From Pseudomonadota bacterium (GTDB lineage Bacteria > Pseudomonadota > Alphaproteobacteria > Micavibrionales > UBA2020): a stretch of DNA of 64,000 nt. A model generated the notes under the pieces. The model saw only the letters and a program-made list of their open reading frames with translations, ran no database searches and was not told the DNA's origin. Location of the stretch: the NCBI GenBank assembly GCA_023444705.1, contig JAEXMB010000033.1, positions 581 to 64,580 of the forward strand. Direction: 5' to 3'. Below, piece after piece: positions 8,498-15,331 of the stretch (position 1 is its first letter; each line of letters begins with the position of its first letter). Made by a program: the position numbers and the translations under genes.

Positions 8498-9429
8498 GGC
8501 GTGGCCTCCGGTTGCGGTGCCGGTGTATCTTCGGCAGGTGCCGAGGGCATTTCAGGCGGCAGCAAATCGGCCAGCAATGCCAGCGTGTTTTTCGGACGTC
8601 CCACCATCGCGGTCACCACGCCGTCAGCGGGGCGGCGGTAGATGGTAAAGGGCGGGCCTTGCAGTTTGTTCGTCGTGGCGAAGGCCGTATTGGCGGCGAT
8701 TTTTTCAAGCGCGCCGGCGGCGATCTTGTCTTTGCCAAGTGCTGCTTCGTCGCCATTGATATAAGCCTGCCATGCCGCAAAAGGATCGCTGACCGACAAA
8801 AGCGCCGCACCGCCGTCGCGGTTGGCATCCGCAGCACCAAAGGGCACCAGGCGGATCTGCATCTTGCCCGCCTTGACCAGAGGGGCCACGTCCATGAACA
8901 TCGCCTTGCAGTGGTCGCAGTTCACGTTCATGAACATGTATATATAAGGCGCATCGTCGTTGCCGACCTTGACCCATGCGGATTTTTCGGTGCCGCTGTA
9001 AACCTGTTCGGCCTTGGACAGCTTGCTGGCATCAGCGCCCGCAATAGCGGATTGATCGCCGCTCAGGCGCTTGCGATAGGCGATCAGCTGCGGGGCCGTC
9101 ATGTTCTGCCCTTGCTGGTCGACCATGATGCCCATGACCATCGTGTTTTCAGGCGTGACATAGACAGTCTTGACCGATTTATCGGCACCGATCAGCACGA
9201 AACCTTCAAGGCTGCCGCTGCGGCCCAGATAGTCGACGATGCCGCCGTTGCGCTCGAAATCGGCGAAGGCAGGGAATTTTTGCGCAAGCGCGGACACTTC
9301 GGCGCCAGCGTCTTGTTGCGCGGGGACAGCCGCAGCCGGTGCCGCCTGTTGCGCCTGTGCAGGCATGACCGCAACCAGCGAAAGCATCGCTGCGGGCAAG
9401 AGGACGGCATAACGTGGCAAAGCGGCCAT
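8494..9429 (-). CDS. periplasmic thiol:disulfide interchange protein (DsbC/DsbG/TrbB-like thioredoxin fold)
   Basis: Signal peptide MAALPRYAVLLPAAMLSLVAVMPAQA. CxxC active site in FMNVNCDHCKAMF. I chose the start at 9429, which has a GGGGGAA upstream. Confidence 0.75.
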   Translation of the reverse strand: MAALPRYAVLLPAAMLSLVAVMPAQAQQAAPAAAVPAQQDAGAEVSALAQKFPAFADFERNGGIVDYLGRSGSLEGFVLIGADKSVKTVYVTPENTMVMGIMVDQQGQNMTAPQLIAYRKRLSGDQSAIAGADASKLSKAEQVYSGTEKSAWVKVGNDDAPYIYMFMNVNCDHCKAMFMDVAPLVKAGKMQIRLVPFGAADANRDGGAALLSVSDPFAAWQAYINGDEAALGKDKIAAGALEKIAANTAFATTNKLQGPPFTIYRRPADGVVTAMVGRPKNTLALLADLLPPEMPSAPAEDTPAPQPEATP

Positions 9430-9667
9430 TGGCTGAAAAAGTTCCCCCGGAAAACAGCGCCCTGCACGGGCGCGGTGACACCTCACCATAGCGAAGGCGC
9501 GCATAAGAATCCAAGCTTGATTGCAAGATTGCCGCCCTGCACCGCGCCGCGCGCCTACCCTACATATCTTAACACAGCTTGGATAACACTTTGGATAAAT
9601 TCATTAACACGCGCATAAGTACACGCGGGGACATGCATTTTTATTCATGATAACAACACGATAAAGA

Positions 9668-10207
9668 TCACGGGGCCGGCGGCGGCGATTTTTTGTCGCC
9701 AGGTGCCGGTCCGTCGCTGGCGGGCTTTTCGATGCGCTCGGGCGCGCTGACCATATTGAATCGGGGCGCGATCAAGGTGCGGGTTTCGCTCAAGCCTTCC
9801 TCCTGCTGGCGCAGACGGTCGCGCGCGCTGGCGATATCGGGCATTTCCTCCATCACGCGCAGGCGGCATTTGCGCAGCATCTCGATATAAGCTTCGTGGC
9901 GGTAGGGAATAAGCTGGTCGTCGATCTTGTCGTCAAACAACGTGCGCCCCTTGGTATTGGCGACGAAAAGATCGTCTACATGGGGCAAAACATGCGTCAG
10001 CCAGTCGTATTTCTGGTCCTGAATGGCGCGCTTGATGCCTGCGTGCAATAACGGCAGGCCGTCGCCGTTGCGCGCATGGACATCAGCACCCTTGGCGATG
10101 GTCATGTCAAAAAGCTTTTTGTCGCCGTTCTGCACGGCGGCAAACATCTCGCCGGTCATCAGGGCGATTTGCTTTTTCAGGCCTTCTTCGGTGACGGGGC
10201 GGTCCAT
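9668..10207 (-). CDS. small ankyrin-repeat protein (candidate effector)
   Basis: DKKLFDMTIAKGADVHARNGDGLPLLHAGIKRA fits the ANK consensus. Basic/Pro C-tail GDKKSPPPAP. Confidence 0.75.
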   Translation of the reverse strand: MDRPVTEEGLKKQIALMTGEMFAAVQNGDKKLFDMTIAKGADVHARNGDGLPLLHAGIKRAIQDQKYDWLTHVLPHVDDLFVANTKGRTLFDDKIDDQLIPYRHEAYIEMLRKCRLRVMEEMPDIASARDRLRQQEEGLSETRTLIAPRFNMVSAPERIEKPASDGPAPGDKKSPPPAP

Positions 10208-10484
10208 AGGGCGTTATCGGGATTCTATATGCTGTTAATATGCCATAATACATAACAGGTCAGCGTGCAGGAGTCGACCTTCTTTTCGCGCCTAGATGAT
10301 GCGCCGCAACAGCGCGGCGCAATAAAATATCATTGAAAAATCAGGAAAATTTAACCTGCAGAGGGCTCTTTTCCCCTTGCCAGCCGATGTAGCGGCGTAT
10401 AAGTTTCTTTCCGTATCTAAACCCGAGTCTTTTTATTTATGTCGCAGGCGCGGCGATCAGCACGCGCAGGCCGGAGTAACGACC

Positions 10485-11117
10485 ATGAAGGTATCGCAGA
10501 TTTTCAAAGCCAGTGCTGCAGCCGTTGCCATCGGCGGTGCCGGGTATGGCGGCTATGTCGCCGCCGATCATGCGCACCAGTATCTGGCGAAAACCCCGAT
10601 GCCCGCGCTGAGCGCAAGCGCGCGTGACCGCGCCAAGGACTACAGCCTGCGCTTTACCACCGTGCTGGCGCAGCAACAACTGCTCGACAACACCACGGAC
10701 GAGGAAGAAGCCGGCAACACCCTGTTTGAAGCCAAGCGCGAACTGGCGACCGATGCCGTGCTGGACAGCACGCTGAGCGAAGCCGACCTGTCGCGTCTGG
10801 CGCGCGACTTCAACGCCATCAGCGAAGACGACGCCGTGCGCTTTCGCTCCTACGCCTACGACCCGCAAACCATCGCGCGCCGCAACGAATGCCTGCGCGT
10901 CACCCCCGCCACCAACGACAAGCACGGAGCCGACCGCTTTGCCTACGCGCAGCGTGTTGAAACCTGCATGATCGAAATGACCGACCAGACTCCGGCGACC
11001 AATACCATTGCCGCGCGCATAGGCGGCATGATGGGCGGCGGCATGGCTTTCACCTTCCTGCTGGGCTTTTCCGCGCGCCGCCGCATTCACGGCGCCAAGG
11101 CACCCAAGGCCGGTTAA
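10485..11117 (+). CDS. hypothetical protein with N- and C-terminal TM segments
   Basis: GGAG lies 8 nt upstream of the ATG at 10485. Sequence MKVSQIFKASAAAVAIGGAGYGGYV...IGGMMGGGMAFTFLLGF, tail GAKAPKAG. Confidence 0.6.
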   Translation: MKVSQIFKASAAAVAIGGAGYGGYVAADHAHQYLAKTPMPALSASARDRAKDYSLRFTTVLAQQQLLDNTTDEEEAGNTLFEAKRELATDAVLDSTLSEADLSRLARDFNAISEDDAVRFRSYAYDPQTIARRNECLRVTPATNDKHGADRFAYAQRVETCMIEMTDQTPATNTIAARIGGMMGGGMAFTFLLGFSARRRIHGAKAPKAG

Positions 11118-11176
11118 GCGCGCCTTCATTGCGTGTTTGACATCATCACACTCTTCGCAAAGGATCCCGCGCCAAG

Positions 11177-11698
11177 ATGCTGAAATCATCTGTCTCGCTG
11201 CTGCCTGTTCTGTTCGCCGCCTTTTCGGGCGCGCTGGTTACCGTGCAGGCGGGCTATAACGCCCAGCTGGGCAAGATGCTGGGCCATCCGCTGTGGGCGA
11301 CGCTGGCGTCCTTTGTCATCGGGCTGGTCGGCATCGTCGCCATCATGGGCGCGCTGCGCGTACCCGCCCCTGTGCTGGGCGGCCTGACGGGCGCGCCGTG
11401 GTATCTGTGGCTGGGCGGCTTTTTCGGCGCCATCTACGTCACCGCCGCGATTATGTACGCGCCGCAGCTGGGCGCTGCGGTCTTTATGGCCGCCGTGGTC
11501 GTCGGGCAAATGCTGGCGTCGCTGTTGCTGGACCATTACGGGCTTGCAGGATTCAGTGAACGTCCTGTATCACTGATGCGCCTGCTTGGCGCGGCGTTGC
11601 TGGTTGTAGGCTTGCTGTTGCTGCAGGCGCCCGCCAAAAAGGCATCGGGTGCCGCAGCGCCCGTTGTGCCCGCCCAGCAAGAGAACCCATTGCCGTGA
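11177..11698 (+). CDS. DMT-superfamily membrane protein, YdcZ/DUF606-like
   Basis: 173 aa with about 5 TM. GALVTVQAGYNAQLGKMLGHPLWATLASFVIG and GGFFGAIYVTAAIMYAPQLGAA are typical of the family. Confidence 0.75.
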   Translation: MLKSSVSLLPVLFAAFSGALVTVQAGYNAQLGKMLGHPLWATLASFVIGLVGIVAIMGALRVPAPVLGGLTGAPWYLWLGGFFGAIYVTAAIMYAPQLGAAVFMAAVVVGQMLASLLLDHYGLAGFSERPVSLMRLLGAALLVVGLLLLQAPAKKASGAAAPVVPAQQENPLP

Positions 11699-12258
11699 AC
11701 GAACCCCAAACTCCCCGTCAAAGCGCACCCGCAGGACTGATCCAGATCGAGATGGTCGAAACGCTGTCGCCCGCCGATCTCAACGATCTCTGCGACGCAA
11801 CCGATGCTGCCGTAGAAAGCGGCGGCGGCTTTGGCTGGATCACGCCGCCCGCGCGCGAAGTGATGGAGCGTTACTGGAAGGGTGTGATGGTCGTGCCCGA
11901 ACGCCACCTGATCCTCGCACGCCGCGACGAAGTAGTCTGCGGTGCCGTGCAGCTGGTCGAACCCAGCCGCCATAACGAAGCGCAATCGTTTTGCGCCAAT
12001 ATCCTTGCCTGCTTCACAGCGCCGTGGGCGCGCGGACAGGGTGCGGGGCGCAAACTGGTCGAAACGGCAGAGAAGCTTGCGCTTGAAATGGGCTACAAGG
12101 TCGTGCAGGTCGACGTGCGCGAAACACAGCAGCACGCGATTACGCTGTTTGAAAAAACCGGCTATGTGCGCTGGGGCGTGAACCCGGCCTATGCTTTCGT
12201 GCAGGGCCAGATGATCCGCGGCTTTTATTACACCAAGACGCTGGCAGCCGTCGGCTGA
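11695..12258 (+). CDS. GNAT-family N-acetyltransferase
   Basis: Acetyl-CoA motif ARGQGAGRKLVETAEKLALEMGY and a C-terminal FEKTGYVRWG. ATGA-type overlap with the upstream gene. Confidence 0.85.
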   Translation: MNEPQTPRQSAPAGLIQIEMVETLSPADLNDLCDATDAAVESGGGFGWITPPAREVMERYWKGVMVVPERHLILARRDEVVCGAVQLVEPSRHNEAQSFCANILACFTAPWARGQGAGRKLVETAEKLALEMGYKVVQVDVRETQQHAITLFEKTGYVRWGVNPAYAFVQGQMIRGFYYTKTLAAVG

Positions 12259-12277
12259 TTATTTTCTTTGCTGTTTA

Positions 12278-12907
12278 TCAGGGCTTGGGCGGCGCTTTGG
12301 GCGCGGCAGTCTTTGGCGTGGCCTGATCGTCATTGGCGCGCTTGCGGCCAAAAATGTTGCTGAGGCTGATCGACGCAGCTTTGCGTTCAGGCTGTGGCGC
12401 GGATGTAGGCGCAGGCGCTGCCGGTGCAGCGTTGCCAGCCTTTGCCGCACGTACGGCATCGCGGCGCGCACGCCATGCGCTGGCGATTTCTTCCATCTTG
12501 TAAGCGGCGTAGCGCTTGCCGATTTCTTCCTTGAGGACGGGCAGCGTTTCTCCCTGCGCGCGTGCCCATATTTTTTTACCGCGCCATGCGGCAAAACCGC
12601 ACCCTGCGGCCAGCACGCCAATAAGGCCGGCACCGCTGGCCAGCGTCAGTGCGCCGCCAACAGCAAGCGCAATCCCGCCGCCTGCGGACAGCAGCACACC
12701 GCCAATCGCCGCCGCTGCCGCAACACCCGCAGCGCGCACATCGCGTTTGAAGGGGGCCACGGTTTTATACATGTCCTTGAGCGTTGCGATGATCCAGGTA
12801 TCAGGCGGCAGCAACGCTGAATCCGACGCGATGAAGGGCATGACCTTGCGTGCAAGGCGGCGCGAGGGATCAAGCTTGGCTGGCGTTTGCGTCGGCTGGG
12901 TCATCAC
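12278..12907 (-). CDS. Gly/Ala-rich bilobed-hydrophobic membrane protein (Inc-like architecture), hypothetical
   Basis: One roughly 50-aa hydrophobic block, AAGVAAAAAIGGVLLSAGGGIALAVGGALTLASGAGLIGVLAAGCGFAAW, followed by an A/P/K-rich tail ending APKAPPKP. Confidence 0.6.
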   Translation of the reverse strand: MMTQPTQTPAKLDPSRRLARKVMPFIASDSALLPPDTWIIATLKDMYKTVAPFKRDVRAAGVAAAAAIGGVLLSAGGGIALAVGGALTLASGAGLIGVLAAGCGFAAWRGKKIWARAQGETLPVLKEEIGKRYAAYKMEEIASAWRARRDAVRAAKAGNAAPAAPAPTSAPQPERKAASISLSNIFGRKRANDDQATPKTAAPKAPPKP

Positions 12908-12915
12908 ATCAATCC

Positions 12916-13878
12916 TTATTTCTTTTTATTGTCGGGCGCGCACGCTTTGGGCGCGGCGCGATGATCGCTCGGGTTATCGTTGGCGCTGTCGCTGTCGGGT
13001 TTTGCGCCCTGCGCGAAATCCGCGCGCGCGCTAAGCTGGCTGACAGGCGCTTTGCCCGTTTGCGCGGGCGGTGCCATCTCGCGGTTGGCAACCATCGCGG
13101 CGGCGGCTTTTTCCGCACGCGACACACGGTGCCAGCGGATCAGCGATTTGCTGCCGAAGTAAAGCCCGGCACATCCGCTGACGACACCCGCAACGGCCCA
13201 CAGCGCAACGAAAGACACGGCACTGCCGATCGCAACGACAGGCAGAACGGCCAGTTGCGCCGCCAGCACCCACGCACTCATGCCGGTGGTCAGCGCCGCA
13301 CCGCTCAGTGCCGTGGTGCCAAGCATCCATTTTTTCTGTTCGCGGATGAAGCGTTCGGTCACTTGCCAGATGCGTGTCTGCCCGACGGCCTTGACGGCCT
13401 TAAGCTCTGCAATCTTGTTGACGGTGCGATAGAACGGGCGGTCCGATGCCGCGGGTACGGGCGGCGGCGGTACGGACGGATCGGCCGTCTCGCCGTTCTT
13501 CATTGAATCATAAGCGGCGCGCATGCGGCCCAGAATAAAACGTGTGCCGGCAATGATGCCCACGGTTGCAACGCCCGCCACCACGGCAACGCCGGTGATC
13601 ATCGTCGCCGCCAGCATGAAAGGCAGCGTCATCGCATAGGCGCAGGCACCGGCCACCGTCAGCGCCGTCATGGCGGCACCCGAGCGCACCGCCATCATGT
13701 GCAGCCAGAAGGTATGGTCGCGGCTCAGCTCGTTCATGAAGGTATAGATCGTATTGAAGGCGCGCTTGGGCGAACGCAGCGAGGCCAGCAGCGATTTCAG
13801 CCAGCGGCGTTGCACGGCAGAATCGCCCGCAGCGGCTGGGGTCTGGTTTTCCGTTTGTGTTTCAGGCGTTTGCGTCAT
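12916..13878 (-). CDS. Gly/Ala-rich membrane protein with two bilobed hydrophobic blocks, hypothetical
   Basis: Blocks AMTALTVAGACAYAMTLPFMLAATMITGVAVVAGVATVGIIAG and LSGAALTTGMSAWVLAAQLAVLPVVAIGSAVSFVALWAVAGVVSGCAGLYFG. Basic tail APDNKKK. Confidence 0.6.
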   Translation of the reverse strand: MTQTPETQTENQTPAAAGDSAVQRRWLKSLLASLRSPKRAFNTIYTFMNELSRDHTFWLHMMAVRSGAAMTALTVAGACAYAMTLPFMLAATMITGVAVVAGVATVGIIAGTRFILGRMRAAYDSMKNGETADPSVPPPPVPAASDRPFYRTVNKIAELKAVKAVGQTRIWQVTERFIREQKKWMLGTTALSGAALTTGMSAWVLAAQLAVLPVVAIGSAVSFVALWAVAGVVSGCAGLYFGSKSLIRWHRVSRAEKAAAAMVANREMAPPAQTGKAPVSQLSARADFAQGAKPDSDSANDNPSDHRAAPKACAPDNKKK

Positions 13879-14134
13879 TGAAAGGACATCGCTTGAATCT
13901 GGTGGGCGTTAAGACACAACTGGCGGACGTTTTTACTGTCGCAGAATATCAAAACAAATCAATGGTGTGTTGCGAAAAGGCGTTATCCGCCGGGGGTGTT
14001 AACATATTGTTCATGATATTTGCATAAAGTACATAGTGTGGAAAGCAAAAAACATGGGGCTACATAAGGTTTTTTGCCGGACCACACGGGAATATCCCAA
14101 GGGGCAAGCCCCTTTATAAGAGGAGAAGGCAACG

Positions 14135-14401
14135 ATGGAAAACGTGGTGGGTTTAAAATATACGGGCACGGGGTTCTTTGACCTCAGCGCCAATAACGGC
14201 CTCGGCGAATACAAAGGCTACTTTGTGGTGATGCGCCCCGGCCAGGAAAACGAGGCACAGGACAAGTTGCGCGCCTTTAGCTCGGCAGGTGCCAAAAACG
14301 CCATGCGCGTGCGCGACGGCGTCATCGCCCTGACGCGCAAACAGGCGGAAGAGCGTATCGCAGCCATCCGCCGCAAGCTCAGCGAAATCGAAGGGAACTG
14401 A
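14135..14401 (+). CDS. hypothetical small protein
   Basis: Strong RBS (AAGAGGAGAAGG) about 6 nt upstream. 88 aa. Confidence 0.55.
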   Translation: MENVVGLKYTGTGFFDLSANNGLGEYKGYFVVMRPGQENEAQDKLRAFSSAGAKNAMRVRDGVIALTRKQAEERIAAIRRKLSEIEGN

Positions 14402-14403
14402 CC

Positions 14404-14577
14404 ATGTCCAAGCAAACTGTTATCGACACCCTGCAAACATCCATCGACGGCTTGCAAGCCTTTGCACTGGATGCCGCCAACCCCGCAATCGTGGGCCCGG
14501 CGCGTGACGCGGCGCTTGCCAAGCAGGCAGGCGTTGACCACGTGGCCAACCGCGCGGTACACGTCAAGCTCGGCTAA
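14404..14577 (+). CDS. hypothetical small protein (57 aa, below the ORF-track cutoff)
   Basis: My translation: MSKQTVIDTLQTSIDGLQAFALDAANPAIVGPARDAALAKQAGVDHVANRAVHVKLG. It starts 2 nt after the preceding stop and is followed by a strong terminator. Confidence 0.45.
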   Translation: MSKQTVIDTLQTSIDGLQAFALDAANPAIVGPARDAALAKQAGVDHVANRAVHVKLG

Positions 14578-14596
14578 AACAGCCTCTATCAACAAC

Positions 14597-14640
14597 AAAA
14601 AGTCCCTGCAGGTCCATCGCTGCAGGGACTTTTTGTTGTT
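14597..14640 (+). terminator. rho-independent terminator
   Basis: AGTCCCTGCAG (14601-14611), loop GTCCATCG, CTGCAGGGACT (14620-14630), then TTTTGTTGTT. Confidence 0.85.
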
Positions 14641-14695
14641 GATGCGCCTTGCGCGCGGCGGCTAGAATCATCATGCATTTCAAGGGAGCGCTGCC

Positions 14696-15055
14696 ATGAC
14701 CTATGACACCAGCAATATCTTTGCCCGCATCCTGCGCGGTGAAATTCCGTGCAAGAAAATCCACGAAAGCGCGCATAGCCTTGCGTTTCACGACATCGCG
14801 CCACAAGCCCCCGTGCATGTGCTGGTCATTCCTAAAGGTGCCTATAGCGACATGAGCGATTTTGCCGCCAATGCCAGCGCCGAAGAAAAGGCGGATTACT
14901 TTGCTGCCATCGGCGCAGTGGCCGAGATGACCGGCCTGAAAGATGAGGGCTATCGCCTCATCAGCAATTGCGGCAGCAACGGCGGGCAGGAAGTGCCCCA
15001 CCTGCACGTCCATCTGGTGGGCGGCAAGAAACTCGGCAAGATGCTCGCGGGCTGA
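14696..15055 (+). CDS. HIT-family (histidine triad, Hint-like) nucleotide hydrolase
   Basis: IFARILRGEIPCKKIHE N-terminus and the histidine triad QEVPHLHVHLVGG. Confidence 0.9.
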   Translation: MTYDTSNIFARILRGEIPCKKIHESAHSLAFHDIAPQAPVHVLVIPKGAYSDMSDFAANASAEEKADYFAAIGAVAEMTGLKDEGYRLISNCGSNGGQEVPHLHVHLVGGKKLGKMLAG

Positions 15056-15331
15056 GCGCGACTCGCCCGCCGCCCCCCGCTTTCCCATACATGAATGCCG
15101 CATTGCGGCAAAAGGCGCTTTGGACGAAAAAACCCATTTTTTGTAATATTGTTTTAATATTTCAATCTGAACGGCCTTAAAATTGCCAAAGTATTAATTT
15201 TTCGGTAATTTTATCTTGTCGAGAATCCTGATCGCCTGTACCTTACGTAAACGATCTGACATCCAAATAACAAAAAAGGCTCCGGCCGTTTCTGGCGGTT
15301 GAGAGGCTTGTTTTCAGGAGGCCACTTTCCC

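Noticed and set aside
10227-10243. Direct repeat ATATGC-N5-ATATGC upstream of the 9668 ANK gene, considered as a PmrA/CpxR-type response-regulator site controlling effectors
   Set aside because: It sits only about 20-36 nt from the start codon. I could not find the same repeat upstream of the other candidate effector genes, so there is no evidence of a regulon motif.
15056-15331. Palindrome TGCCGCATTGCGGCA and AT-rich tract downstream of the HIT gene, considered as a terminator or riboswitch
   Set aside because: The palindrome leaves essentially no loop and is not followed by a T-run. I saw no convincing conserved RNA structure. It is more likely ordinary promoter DNA for the Clp-like gene.
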